Shown in pieces: positions 50,665 through 63,965 of a stretch of DNA of 64,000 nt. This DNA comes from Octopus bimaculoides. Its lineage: Eukaryota. Numbering within the stretch: the stretch's first letter is position 1; each line of letters begins with the position of its first letter. A program made the translations under genes and the position numbers. Where the stretch lies: positions 34,608,360 to 34,672,359 of the forward strand of contig NC_068992.1 in the NCBI RefSeq assembly GCF_001194135.2. The letters run 5' to 3'. The notes beneath the pieces are model-generated. The model worked only from the letters and a program-made list of their open reading frames with translations, had not been told where the DNA came from and did not search any database.

Positions 50665-51070
50665 TCTGCAGAATTCTGGTTTAAGCATCCCATATAACCT
50701 CTCATAACATTTTACTTTTTGGAATTTTCCAAACACATGAGGATTCATACAACTATGAAAAAAAATTTTTTAATTAAAAATTTTTTTTTTTTTTTTTGTA
50801 GAGTCCTAAATTTTGACTTAAATTCCAGAAATAGACCATTGAACATGTTTATAGGAAGAAAGATATTGAAGAGCATCGATACGACAGAGGGACAGAAAAA
50901 CAAGGAGGGTATCAGGTGCAAAAAATAACAGCTAAATAGCCCTTAAATCAGACATAAAAACATTTTTTTTTTCATGTGTAGAATACAAATTTGCAAAAAT
51001 TTTCTGAAAATTCCAAAAACTATAAAAAGTTACATGATGTTATATGGAGTAATTAATGCAGAATTCCACT
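50665..51070. mobile_element. MITE-like element with degenerate about 70-bp inverted ends
   Basis: GAATTCTG..CCATATAAC..TTTTGGAATTTTC mirrored by GAAAATTCCAAAAA..GTTATATGG..CAGAATTC. Confidence 0.55.
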
Positions 51071-51458
51071 TGGCTCTCTTCACGATACATTTAAGAACCA
51101 TGCAGTTAAAGAGAACAGATTATTGAAATTAGACATTACTCATTTTGCTCTGGATTTGACATCAGTTTTTAAAAATTAAAAATTATCAAATTAGATATTA
51201 GTGTGGAAGAAAAAATTAACTTCGAATACAACAAAGAAAAGAATTTGGATTGTTAAACACTAAAAACTATCTAGATGTTTTATTAGCAACCTCAATTACA
51301 ATTGGTCAAAGGTGAGCAGAAATTTCTTGAAAAGTAGTACGTTACCAGACTGTTTCAAACTGTCTCAACTGCAAAAACTATGGTGGGCAATGTTTACTCC
51401 CAAAGATGATGCAAGAGTACAAAATGGTGAAGAGATACTTGCAATGTAATGGTTTCAA

Positions 51459-51524
51459 ACAGGTAGTGAGAAATTGGTAATTACTCAATTTGCCCCAGTT
51501 ACCAATTTTACCCCACTCCCCTGT
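51459..51524. repeat. Short imperfect palindrome (mini-MITE)
   Basis: ACAGGTAGTGAGAAATTGGTAA versus TTACCAATTTTACCCCACTCCCCTGT. Confidence 0.55.
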
Positions 51525-52145
51525 GGGGACAATAAATACTGAAAAGAGAAAGAGAGAAAAAGATTCGGTTTAATGAAGACATGTGAACATAAAAGCAATA
51601 ATTCTAAAGGTGAAAAAAAATGCCCCTCCCCCTCTCTCTCTCTCACACACACACATACATACATTTTTTAGAGTGTTTTGTTGTTTCCTGTCAATGTCCC
51701 AAAAGGAATTGCAATTAATTCTCATGGAAATTGTGGCTGCTTTGGGAATAGGTAGCAATGTGCTTTTTAATTGAATGAATTGATGTCAATAAAGTAGTTA
51801 AAATTATGGTTGTGTATCAAAAAAGAAGATCCATTACATTTTTTAAGATACGTTTCTTTATTGAAAGAGAGACTCTGCATGCAAGATTGCTGAGAGGTGG
51901 GGATCTCCTGTATTGAATGCTACATACCCTTCATTGCAGGAAGGCCCTATATCTAGTGAATGCCTGGGGTAATTGCCCTCTTCGACCCCCTATAAATCTG
52001 GCCCTGCTTCTCATACCTTGACACTATTATTATTTCTTGATGCACACATATAACAAATTATACATTATAAAATATGTAGACTTATTAATAAATTTTGTGG
52101 AAGATAATATTCTCCCTGTTTCTTATTCATCAGGTTAATTCATAC

Positions 52146-52253
52146 CTGTGAAGCATTCTCTTCCATAAAATAGTATGCATGAGGTAGGAATTTAAGATCA
52201 AATGTTATCAAAGCATCTAATTTTCTGACACAACATCTTAAACCCTGCGTTTC
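52146..52253 (-). CDS. Putative exon C (ETQGLRCCVRKLDALITFDLKFLPHAYYFMEENASQ)
   Basis: Acceptor atctaccttttag, donor CAG|gtatga, 108 nt, phase 0 to phase 0; only this frame is open. Confidence 0.7.
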
Positions 52254-54049
52254 CTAAAAGGTAGATATTTACAATAGAAATGAATTTAAATTATTTTATA
52301 TTTTCTTTAAATCCTATACATAAATCTCTTGTTTTAACGTCAACTTAAAATATTTCCAATAAAAATTATTCTGCGTAAAATATTCATTGCTTTTTGAAAT
52401 TATCTATATATTTTAGAATTGCAGCCAACGAGGGCATTTTAAAAAGGGAGAAAAGTATTCAGCATAATCAATAGTATTAAATGTTTGTATTAAACAGTAA
52501 ACAAAGTTTGACTAAACATCTGTATAATACTAAAATCAAATGAACAGAATATAATGCTAAATAAGCACAACGAAGTATTAAAAAGATGACAACAATAATA
52601 GAAAATGGCGTCAAAAAGAGGCATGAAAATACAGTAAAATCAATAACATAACATAAATTTGTAACATCAATAATACAAGGCATAAAATGGCAACAGCACA
52701 AAGCATGCAACAACAACAAGTCCAAAGTAGAAGTCAGTTAAAATAACAAAAGAAACTTTAAAAAGCAAGCCCAAAAGGCAACATGAAGTACAAAATTTCA
52801 GCTACTATGTATTTATATAAATCAGTAAAGAACAATTTATTTACAAGTTAAATATCAAAAAGGCAACAAGCAGCTACATTCAACTTTTAAATCCCTTCCT
52901 ATTCTATCATATAATCTTAAAATAGATTTAACACAATATTGACTGAAGAGTATGAAAAAAAGATTCTTCTTTCTACACATAAGTATTTGAAAGTATTCAC
53001 TCTCATTATAATGATCAATGTGTGTTTCATGATACTATAACAACCAGTGATATCAACTACTGATATCAAAATGTTTTATGTTAATCACTGTTACAGCCAT
53101 CAAAATCTGGGAAGATACTTCTCACACCATTTGTATAACTTGAAACAGATTTCTGCTTTTGTATATATGCTTTGCACTAAAGCAAACATTCAATTTTTTT
53201 CTTTTTTTTTTCTCTTCCTACTTTTGCTTCATAATCGTTGATTAAATACAAAGACACCTAATGTTTTGACTGTTGTAATCGTTTAGCTCCAGCTGAGAGA
53301 CAATGTATCACTCCCTCATAGGATCGTTTTAATTCTTTGATAAACAGATCTCATAGCTTCTGGTAATGATAATCTATAGTAAGTGGAGGGAAACGCAGTA
53401 ATAGGTAAATTATATGGGAGAAGGGAATGAGTTATAAAAAAAAAGACGAAGGAAAAAACCAAATTTTTTCTGTCTGGCTTCCACTTTTTGAAATTTTGAA
53501 ATTAAGTGAAAATTTTTGAAGTTGATATATTGAGGCAACTTTTCACCCAGAATCGACTTGATCCAGAAAAAATTTAGAAAAATCTAAAAGAGGTTTAAAG
53601 TTTGGTTATTTTTACCCAATCAGAAAATAGGATTTGGTAACTGATGTTTTCTGCGTGATAATTTTTATTAAACAAAATGAATATGATGACAAAAGTTGTA
53701 AGAAGCTTTAAAGCTTTAATAAGTTTAAGTGAATTGAATAAAGTCAACTGAAATGTTGGAACAGACAATATGAAAAAGAAAAATCCTCATTTAATTTACT
53801 TTTCTTTACACGAAAAAGAAAAAAAATGTATGTTCAGTACATTTAAACAATTAATAGCGGAATTTCAAAAACGAAAGTCTGAGATACACTAAGGTTAGAG
53901 GTAGGGTGTAGGATTGAGATTTATCGTTAGAATTAGGATTTAGGGTTGCTGTTTAGGATCAGTCCAACCATTGGATGACCTGGGGTTAATCAATTAGTAA
54001 CATATTTTGGTTAAACCATTCCAAAAGATGTTTTAGAATGTTCTGAAAA

Positions 54050-54620
54050 CACTCCTCCCCAGTTTTCCTATATTTTTCCCTCCAAAGAAACTCCATCAAG
54101 ATAGGATTCAATCACATTTGTTTGTACTCCCGTCATACTCTTGAATCTGTGTTTTGCATTTTCCCAGTAAAATTCAACTGAGTTGGTATGCACTATAATT
54201 ACCAGACCCACAAAGTTTTCTTTATGATTTACTTTGAAATGGGAATACTGTGGTTCAACATCAATTTCAGTAATTCCATTGTATCCACTCCAACAATCAG
54301 AATGGATAGTCTGGTAAGGGGAAGCAAAGTTCACAAATGCTAAAAATCCTATTTTGTCTTCTCCATCCCATTCTCCAAAACCCACCTCTCCTGTGGCATT
54401 CTGCCTCAATTATATTTCCTTTTGAACATTAAAGATGCATCTATTTCGACAATGTGCCCAACTCCTCCAGCTTGGTAGGGATTACATACAAGATGGTGAC
54501 TTGCTATATCTCATGTATTGATACCACTGTAACACTGTTGTTCCTGAAAGACCTGCCATATCAGATGAGATATTTATGGAGATTTTTCAGGAACATAAGT
54601 CAGAAGAATAGAATCTTGGC
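54050..54620 (-). mobile_element. Merlin (IS1595/IS1016-related, ISXO2-like) transposase relic
   Basis: GGVGHIVEIDASLMFKRKYN*GR and TIHSDCWSGYNG..HFKVNHKENFV..VHTNSVE..W..IESYLD. Confidence 0.85.
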
Positions 54621-55545
54621 ATTAACTTAACATTTTCAAGAAACAAAGATTTTTGTTTTTAATAGAGACTTTTTCAGTTTTGTGTGTGGAGCATTGAAAA
54701 ATCTTTATTTTCTTACATTATATCAGAGTCATTTCCTTATTGCTAGATGAGCAGTTTGGTGTTATATAATTCAACACTTTCTTCTCCTTTAGAAATGAAT
54801 ATGCAGCACCAAAACTCAATGTATGGCAAAATATAATAAAACATTTTAAAAAACAATTAATCAAATTATATCAAAATGAATATCATTTTATTTCAATTTC
54901 AAAATTCTTTATTTCCACTTTCTTAATGACTAGCATGGGTCCACACTTTTTAGTGAACATCTTTCTAAAATTTTTCTGGAACAAGTGAATAACAAAATCA
55001 GATTCAGTGTAAAAAACTACATCAGTATACCAAATTTGAGAAAAACAATGTATACATTTTTGTAGTGAAAATTCAAAAATGAAAGTTCAGAATATAAGTA
55101 CAGTAGCTTTAAGCAGACAACAGTTTGACTTGTTACAATGAAAACAGGAACCAATATGCCTCCCAAAATGTGCAAACTTTAAAAGCTATTAACTTTTTAT
55201 TAACTGAAGGCAAAAATTAATTTCCTTACTATAATTAGCACACAAAACTACATCAGTACACCAAAATTGAAATCAGCTGGAACAAAATTAAAGGAATTGA
55301 AAAGTGAAAGCCAAACAGAAAAGATCCTATATAAATCTTTATATATATGTATTGTTATAATATCCTGTCACTAATTCCTTTCTTCAATAGTAAATAATAA
55401 ATAAACATAGATATCATATTTTGTACTGAGTACGAAAATGCAGCATAGTGTCGAATGATGTTGATAGATGGACACTGCCTTAACCTAATATAAAAGAACA
55501 CGTCTTAATTGTTGGACAGCCATGATTAATGCATTAGATGGCGAG

Positions 55546-55612
55546 TAGAATAAAGTTTGAATAAAAGCCTTCTTTGAGCTGGTTTATGACATTTTATTCA
55601 AACTTTATTCTA
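55546..55612. mobile_element. 67-bp mini-MITE with perfect 21-bp arms and TA ends
   Basis: TAGAATAAAGTTTGAATAAAA / TTTTATTCAAACTTTATTCTA, 25-nt spacer. Confidence 0.72.
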
Positions 55613-55614
55613 AA

Positions 55615-56460
55615 TGGATACCTAAGTGCTCCAGATCTACCATTCCACTTATAAGAGCCAGAGAGAATACCAACAAAGCAAGACTTCCAAAAGAAGTAAA
55701 AACAGCAATCGTATCTTTCAATGCCATACTTGCCACTCCACAACCTGGAAAACCACTTACCATCGAGGCACAGGCTTTCATCCTAGTCTTGGGAGGGACG
55801 CTATTACAACAGCCAGTGGCCTTCTATTTAAGGTCCTTTTCAAAAACAGAAAACTGCCAATCCTTCATCAAGAGAGAAGCTTGCACAATTGCAGAATGTT
55901 GCCGCAAATGGCGCCACCTAATACATGGTTTCCCATACTGCAACATCGTCATTGATCAAAAAGGAAAAACTTATATCCTGGTGCTTGGACCTCTCGGACA
56001 TAAATTACACAATCTCCTATAGACGAGGAAGTCAAAACAAAGCAACAGACGTGCTATCAAGATGTGCAGCAAGAGACACTACAACACTCGTAACACTTCA
56101 CAAACAACTACTTCACTGCTGTAAAGTACGAAACCTACCGTTCTCCCTCAACGAAATCTGTGAAATGACACTGTCTTACTCTATATGCAACAAGCTGAAA
56201 CCCCTTTTTCAAACCACTTATGGGTCAATTAATACAGGCATCGAGTCCTTGGCAGCGCCTTTCAATCGACCTCGTTGGCTCCAGACAATTACATATACCA
56301 CTACTTATTGGTAATAGTCAATGAGTACTCAAAGTACCCATTTGCATACCCGTGCAAAGACGTGAGTACTGAAACAGTAATTTCCCACATGCTCAACCCC
56401 TTTGCATTGTTTGTATCACCAAGTTGTATTCACTCTGACAGAGGAACCTAATTTGATAAG
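55615..56460 (+). mobile_element. Ty3/Gypsy pol relic (RNase H plus integrase)
   Basis: PVAFYLRSFSK..REACTIAECCRKWRH, YRRGSQNKATDVLSR, SPWQRLSIDL, FAYPCKD, IHSDRG; frameshifted. Confidence 0.85.
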
Positions 56461-56515
56461 AAGCTCCAGGTCTTCCTTCACACTAATGAGATGATAAAAA
56501 CTAAATAATAATTAA

Positions 56516-56985
56516 TTAAATCTTCACATCATATGAACGTAAGTGCTTGGGCAGTTGGGTTAAGTGTTGGAGGTGCTGGTCTCGAGTACCACTGGTGATT
56601 AGAAAGTCATCAACATATGCAAAAACAAAGTCTAACCCACAGACGACCTCATCAATGACCTTTTGGAATGTGCTGGCTGCATTGCGAAGACCAAACGGCA
56701 TAGACAAAAATTCAAACGCTCCAAAAGTCGTGGTGACGGCTGTTTTTGGAAAGTCGTCAGCTTGACAGAGATTTGATGGTATGCGCATACCAAGTTGATT
56801 TTAGAAAAAATCTTACAGCCATGCAGGACAGACAAAAAGTCCTGCACATTTGGTAGTGGACAACAATCCGGAATAGTGACAGTGTTAAGACGTCTAAAAT
56901 CTCCGACAGGACGAAAATCAGCTTCAATCTTCCTGGCAATGTGTAAAGGTGCTGCCTTCGTACACATGCAGGCCTACCTACATTT
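56516..56985 (-). mobile_element. Ty3/Gypsy reverse transcriptase relic
   Basis: FRPVGDFRRLNTVT, KTAVTTTFGAFEFLSMPFGLRNAASTFQ, YVDDFLI. Confidence 0.92.
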
Positions 56986-57060
56986 GCAATAAATACACAC
57001 ACCTGAAAACACACACATGTGCACACACACATACATACACACCCATAATTATACAAGCAT

Positions 57061-57092
<32 letters not shown>

Positions 57093-57439
57093 ACACACAC
57101 ACATTATGAGCCTTCAGGCAGATTTTTTGTAGACTAAATTAATTCACAAGAGGCTGTTATAGAAGACACTTACTTAAGGTGAAGTGCTGTGAGATTGAAG
57201 CTACATGTTTGCAAAGCAAACTTTTTAACCACAGAGCTTTGCTTGTACTTATATATGTCAGAAAGACACAAAGTGTGTGAGCTTGTATGTAGTCTCATTG
57301 TATTGTTTATATGACCACTTAGAGGGCAATTTTCAATGCTCATCTTAAAATAAGCATGGATTTTTACATTCCAAAGTATTTTTCTTTCTTTGCAGATTAC
57401 TTTGTAACTTGATGGTTAAATGCATATAAATTTTATCTG

Positions 57440-58410
57440 TTGATAATTTGTTTAGATCAGACCCTATATTAGATACTATACAAATTTAAAGGAGATTCTT
57501 CAGCAATGGAAGCAGCAAGAGATATTTATCTATGGAAATGAAGCCTTAAGAATGTCAACGATGGTGTGGCTAGTTTTGTTGAGAATTTTTTTTTCTCTTG
57601 CAGACTTCCCTTGATCTGGACAATCAAGTTCTCTCAAAACTGAGCTTCTGAAAATGGTAGATGAGGAAAATCTAAAGCAAACTGCTTGGGAATAAGCAAA
57701 ACAGTCAAATTCAAATCACACTTTGATTATAAAACACCTTCATGAACTAAGAATCACATTTAAACTTGGGTCCCTCTTCGTCTGACAGTTTCTCTGAAGT
57801 CTGCTTGACATTGACAAGTAGACTTGCTGCTAAACCATTTCTAGGAAGAATCATTGCAGGTGATGAAAAGTGAATTCTTTGTAATAATATCCAATAGAAA
57901 TGACAATGGATATCACACAATGGAAAGTGGGGGTATATCCCAAACCAGGATTACACCTCAAAAAACAAGTTTGGCCCTGAGTTTGGTGGGATGTGAAGGC
58001 TGTCATGTATTATGAAATCTTACACCAAAATGAAACAATAAATGCAAATGTCATATGTCCAATTGAAAGCATTGCCCAAAAATTTGAAGGAAAAGCACCC
58101 ATATTTGGTCAGCCATAAACGGGTATTACTCTTTCATGATAATGTGAAATGACATATTGCCAAGTAACCCAGGGAAACATTGTGACACTAAATATGGAAG
58201 TTTTGCCTCATCTTCCTTGCTCTTCTTTTCTTACTTCATCTGACAATCATCTTTTCAGGTCATTGCAATATTATTTAGAAAGAAAATATGTAAATAATTG
58301 TAAATAGATTAATAATGATATTGAAGGTTTCTTTGCTTCAAAACCCAATAATTTTACACTCAAGGGATCAAAAATTTGTTAAAAGATGGGATTATATTGT
58401 AGCAAAGTTC
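57440..58410 (+). mobile_element. Heavily decayed mariner transposase
   Basis: FLGRIIAGDEK*I, VWWDVKAVMYYEIL..NETIN, LFHDN, SDNHLFRSLQ relics. Confidence 0.78.
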
Positions 58411-59147
58411 AGAACCAAATCAACAAATTGCCAAAGTAAATTCTCAGTTTTGCAATAGCTTAAACATATGATCAGCCAGGTTATGGACCAATCAGCATCG
58501 AGATGTCAAATGACGCATTGTTCTAGAATCTGTTTCATTCCTTTTACAAAGCTTATAAACAGGCACATTTTGTGGCTGCCTGCAGCTAAGCTAACCGCGT
58601 TCTCATTTCGCTACTTTCAGCAGTCAATCTCATGACCTTTACTCAACCTAGACAGCAGTTCTAGTTCACTAACATGAACCCAGTGTGTATATTTTCTCCT
58701 GTCTTGGTAGTTTAATTACACTGCCTTTGTAACTATTTGTAAGAGCTACAGAATCGTCCTTTTCAGTGTGTAAACTTTGTTGTCACATTTTTAATTCATA
58801 ACCAACGGGGAAAATATTCATGCAGTGAAATGAAATTCTGTTAAATGTTCACGAGTGTTGTGCATTCATTATGCACAGCCAGGTCCCAACTCAGCCACCA
58901 GTATCTCAATTCCTTCATTCTATGTCTCTCATGACATCATTTAACTACACCTTGTGACAATATCATAAATTAAGACTAATGAAGCATTTGTTTCCTTCAC
59001 ATCTTGAAATGTGACAGGACGTTCTTTCCAGTCTACTAGCTATGCATATATATTAAGAAACACATGAAGTCAAGCAACTATTGAAGAGTATCAATATGAA
59101 AAGAAAAGATGCTATACAAGACATACATTAAAAAAAGCTACACTTAC

Positions 59148-59266
59148 CACTATGTCCTAAAGGATTGTTTCTTAATAAAAAGCAAAAAGCAGTTAATTTT
59201 GAAAGGTCTCCTTGTAAGTGAAGTGCAGTTATATTAAAAGTTACAAGATGGCATAATATGTTCTGT
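59148..59266 (-). CDS. Putative exon B (K-QNILCHLVTFNITALHLQGDLSKLTAFCFLLRNNPLGHS)
   Basis: Acceptor actttgctttatag, donor GTG|gtaagt, 119 nt, one open frame; phase 2 start matches exon A. Confidence 0.68.
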
Positions 59267-59711
59267 CTATAAAGCAAAGTTGATTTATCAGTAGAGTTGA
59301 TTTAAAAAATTGCAGGCCTTTCCTTCAGGCTTTACATATCAACAGAATCATTAAACGAATTATCCATGGTTATAACAAGGTTGAAAAACTGTAGTGTCTC
59401 AAAGTCCCTTTACACCAATGAATGAGGTGATCTCCATTGGCATAAAAAAAAAAGAAAAAACACAGTGGCAATCAAATATTCAAGTTTAAATCTGCCAGAA
59501 CATATTAAGAATGAATTGAAATGTTATCATATTTCAGTGTTATCAATAAACATTAGCTATATAAGGGATATAAGGATTTATCTATTCTGATCAAGAGTTA
59601 TCACATAGCTGATATTGTATTGATGATTTTCATAGTGGAGAGTAATGATAATAAAAAAAGAAAAAAAACAATTATTATCTGATGTATTTAAAATTTTTAA
59701 ATGATACTAAC

Positions 59712-59899
59712 TTGTGTTTTACAAAACCTTTGAATAGAGGAGATGAAGGCATAATTCTAGATTCTTCTTCTAATGGCTGTTGTGCATCATCAAAATTACA
59801 GAAAAACTGGGTGCCAAATATGACTCTGAGACTCAAACTCAATGCTTTAGAATCAATATCATTTAAATATATGCGAAACCATACATGGAATAAACTTAG
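59712..59899 (-). CDS. Putative exon A (LSLFHVWFRIYLNDIDSKALSLSLRVIFGTQFFCNFDDAQQPLEEESRIMPSSPLFKGFVKH)
   Basis: Acceptor attgatctcag, donor CAA|gttagt, 188 nt = 62 codons + 2; joins exon B as AA+A = Lys. Confidence 0.68.
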
Positions 59900-60219
59900 C
59901 TGAGATCAATTTGCCATAGCAGGTGAAAGTGACATGACATCAAATAAAAATCAACAAGGGTGAAAGCCATCTTCACAATGCACGCCAATGATCATTATAT
60001 TGCATCACTTAATCTCATCCAAATTTACCAAATCTAATATTTTTTATGATAGTTAAACTGATTAATGTTCTACTTTCAAACAGAATTAAATAATTTATGT
60101 AGAAAGGTACTCTAAGATCTCTCTGTCTGTCTTTCTATCAGTTGGCCAGTCAATATTTATACATTTGTATGCTCATATATGTACTTGTTTACTTTTGCAT
60201 GATTTTCTCAAACAGCATG

Positions 60220-60500
60220 TAGGATGTGCAAGCTAAGTCATGGGGAGGTAAATAAACCAACACCAGTTGTCAAGTGGTGGTGGGGGACAAACACAAACAC
60301 AAAGACACAAATACACATACACATCATATATTTGATGAGCTTCTTTCAATTTCCATCTACCAAATCCACTCACAAACTTTGCAGCCCAAGGCTATTGAAG
60401 AAGACACTTTCCCATTGTTGCTAAGCAGTGAGACTGAACCTGGAACCATGTGATTGGGCAGTAAGCTTCTCACCACAGAGCCACCATTGTGCGTATATAT
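60220..60500 (-). mobile_element. SINE family A
   Basis: Reverse complement of the family A head and core. Confidence 0.8.
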
Positions 60501-60524
60501 ATGTATAAGAAATATAGGAAGGGC

Positions 60525-60645
60525 ATCCAGCCATAGAAACCATGCCAAAACAGAAAAAGCTGAAACCTGGGCAGCTGGTCAGTTACTGCTAAACTGTCCA
60601 ATCCATACAAGAATGGAGAGCAGACATTAAATGATAATGACGATA
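60525..60645 (+). mobile_element. RTE 3' tail fragment
   Basis: GAAGGGCATCCAGCCATAGAAACCATGCC..ATTAAATGATAATGACGAT. Confidence 0.72.
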
Positions 60646-61634
60646 TAAATATTATAAATATATGTGTGTGTATTTCTTTGCATATATACATGTATGAATC
60701 TATCTGCTTACACATGCAAATGTATATGCATATACACACTTGCATACTCATATACACACCAGAACATCATTAGCTTTATGCATGTGTTTTTGTAAGAATA
60801 TATGTATCCTTATAGTTGTGTGTGTGTGTGAATGTATGTATGTATATACATATATATANNNNNNNNNNNNNNNNNNNNNNNNNNNNNNNNNNNNNNNNNN
60901 NNNNNNNNNNNNNNNNNNNNNNNNNNNNNNNNNNNNNNNNNNNNNNNNNNNNNNNNNNNNNNNNNNNNNNNNNNNNNNNNNNNNNNNNNNNNNNNNNNNN
61001 NNNNNNNNNNNNNNNNNNNNNNNNNNNNNNNNNNNNNNNNNNNNNNNNNNNNNNNNNNNNNNNNNNNNNNNNNNNNNNNNNNNNNNNNNNNNNNNNNNNN
61101 NNNNNNNNNNNNNNNNNNNNNNNNNNNNNNNNNNNNNNNNNNNNNNNNNNNNNNNNNNNNNNNNNNNNNNNNNNNNNNNNNNNNNNNNNNNNNNNNNNNN
61201 NNNNNNNNNNNNNNNNNNNNNNNNNNNNNNNNNNNNNNNNNNNNNNNNNNNNNNNNNNNNNNNNNNNNNNNNNNNNNNNNNNNNNNNNNNNNNNNNNNNN
61301 NNNNNNNNNNNNNNNNNNNNNNNNNNNNNNNNNNNNNNNNNNNNNNNNNNNNNNNNNNNNNNNNNNNNNNNNNNNNNNNNNNNNNNNNNNNNNNNNNNNN
61401 NNNNNNNNNNNNNNNNNNNNNNNNNNNNNNNNNNNNNNNNNNNNNNNNNNNNNNNNNNNNNNNNNNNNNNNNNNNNNNNNNNNNNNNNNNNNNNNNNNNN
61501 NNNNNNNNNNNNNNNNNNNNNNNNNNNNNNNNNNNNNNNNNNNNNNNNNNNNNNNNNNNNNNNNNNNNNNNNNNNNNNNNNNNNNNNTATATATATATAT
61601 ATATTGTAATATAATATAATATATAATATTTTTA

Positions 61635-62572
61635 TATCATCATCATCATTTAACATCTATTTTCTATGCTGGTCTGCCACTGAGTTATCCCAGTTCCATT
61701 TTCTGTTTGGCTTGGTTTCTATGACTGGATGCCCTGCCTAAACCCAATTACTTTACATTGTACTGGATGCTTTCAATGTAACACTGGCATGAGTGCTTTA
61801 ACATGACCCTGGCACAGGCACTTTTGTGTGGCACCAGCACCCATAAACCTGCAAGACTAGGACCTCTCAGCTGAAAGAGGGGCATAGAGGACATCCCTGT
61901 GTGTATGGATGTTTATGATATTAGTTAGCTTGACATGTCTTCTCAAGCACAGCAAACCTCCAGAAGTCTCAATCTCTTCTTTGAAGCCCAAAGCCTGAAG
62001 TTCCTTTCTCAACACTTCATCCCACAACTTCCTGGGTCTACTACTTCCTCATGTTCCCTCCACAATTAGAGATCAGCAATTCTCGTCACAGCATCCTTGT
62101 CTATACAAATCACACAACCATACCAGTGCAGTCTTCTTTCTTGTACACAACATCTGACGCCTCTTGTCCCCAATATTTCTATCACATCACTTACACTCTG
62201 TTGTACATGTACACTGACATTCACCCATCTAACAGTTCATACTGGCTTCGTTTCTTTCAAGCCTTTGCATGTCCCCAGTAGCAAAACTTCAAGTTTCACT
62301 GCCATGTAGCATAACTGTTCATACACAGGAATCATACAGTCTCCTTTTCATCATCATCATCATCATCATCGTTTAACGTCCGCTTTCCATGCTAGCATGG
62401 GTTGGCCGATTTGACTGAGGACTGGTGAAACCAGATGGTTACACCAGGTTCCAATCTGATTTGGCAGAGTTTCTACAGCTGGATGCCCTTCCTAACGCCA
62501 ACCACTCCGAGAGTGTAGTGCGTGCTTTTACGTGCCACCGGCACGAAGGCCAGTCGGGCGGTACTTTTATAT
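61635..62572 (-). mobile_element. Two adjacent RTE 3' fragments (61635-62350 decayed; 62350-62572 younger)
   Basis: Two (CAT)n tails followed by TTTAAC(G)TC..TTTCCATGCT; ORF-end relics at 62030-62340. Confidence 0.83.
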
Positions 62573-63244
62573 ATATCAGGCACATGCCGTCAGTAATTAC
62601 TTAGGGTTGGCAGTTGGTGACTGTTGTGTAGTAGAGCACACCAAAAATAAGTGAAACACAGGTGCACGACTGAGTTGAAGGCAGATCTATTTCTGCCTCT
62701 ATTGCTCCTAAAGAAAATGGTGTTGTAGAAATGTACGTTGCACATGTACTACAGCAGTATTATGCATAGCTTAGATAGTGAGATTGAAAAGCAGGGGCAA
62801 ATCTACGAAAAATAAAACATTTTGCATTTTATGCATAGTAATAAGACTAACCTTCATGATTTTATTGAATTAGGTGCATATTTTGGCATGAGAGGAAAAT
62901 GTTGCTGTCAATCTATTTTATTCAAGGTAGGCACTGCCTACCTTGCCTACCAAGGCAGCATGTCCCTGATATATATATATATATATANNNNNNNNNNTAT
63001 ATACACACATACATACACACCTAATATTTCAGTGTACTACAAGCAACCAGTTGATATTATGTATTGCAAATTTTGCCTAATGGTTTGAAAGCACTCTGCA
63101 GCAGACACAATTAATTTTCAGCTGAATGAATTGATGTATTTTGAAGTTAATTACCTTAACCAATAAGAAAATGCACCACCCAGTCGTGTTTTTATAGCCT
63201 AATCACTCGGCCATGCATCTACATATTCACATGCCCATATATCA

Positions 63245-63400
63245 TCCTCCTCCTCATCATCATCATTTAACGCCTGTTTTCCATGCTGGCATGGGCTGGA
63301 TGGTTTGACTGAAAACTGGTAAGCTGCACCAGGTTCCAAACAGAATTGGCATTGTTTCTACAGCTGGATGCCCTTCCTAACACCAACCACTCCAAAAGTA
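63245..63400 (-). mobile_element. RTE 3' tail fragment
   Basis: CATCATCATTTAACGCCTGTTTTCCATGCTGGCATGGG..GGATGCCCTTCCTAAC. Confidence 0.8.
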
Positions 63401-63525
63401 TATACATACATATATATATNNNNNNNNNNNNNNNNNNNNNNNNNNNNNNNNNNNNNNNNNNNNNNNNNNNNNNNNNNNNNNNNNNNNNNNNNNNNNNNNN
63501 NNNNNNNNNNNNNNNNNNNTGTGTG

Positions 63526-63560
<35 letters not shown>

Positions 63561-63637
63561 GTGTATGTGTATGCATATGCATATGAATATATATATATGT
63601 ATATGTATGTATATGTACATATATGTATGTTTATGTA

Positions 63638-63692
<55 letters not shown>

Positions 63693-63965
63693 GTGTGTGT
63701 ATGTGTGTATATGTGTGTGTGATGTTTGGTATGTGTGTGTATATATGTATATGTATATATATATATATGTATATATGCATATATGTGTGTATGTATGTAT
63801 ATGTGTGTGTGTGTATATGTATATGTATATGCACATGTATATATATGTATGTATGCGTATATGTGTGTGTATGGTGATTTGTATGTGTATAGGGTGGTTT
63901 TTTTTGTATATGTATATATAATTTTATAATATATTTTAAAATGATTTTTTTTTAACATATTTTTA

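Noticed and set aside
63267-63958. Y/I/H/T/C/V-rich ORFs here and at 7066-8413, 23272-24006, 39880-40272
   Set aside because: Translations of (TA/TG)n microsatellites.
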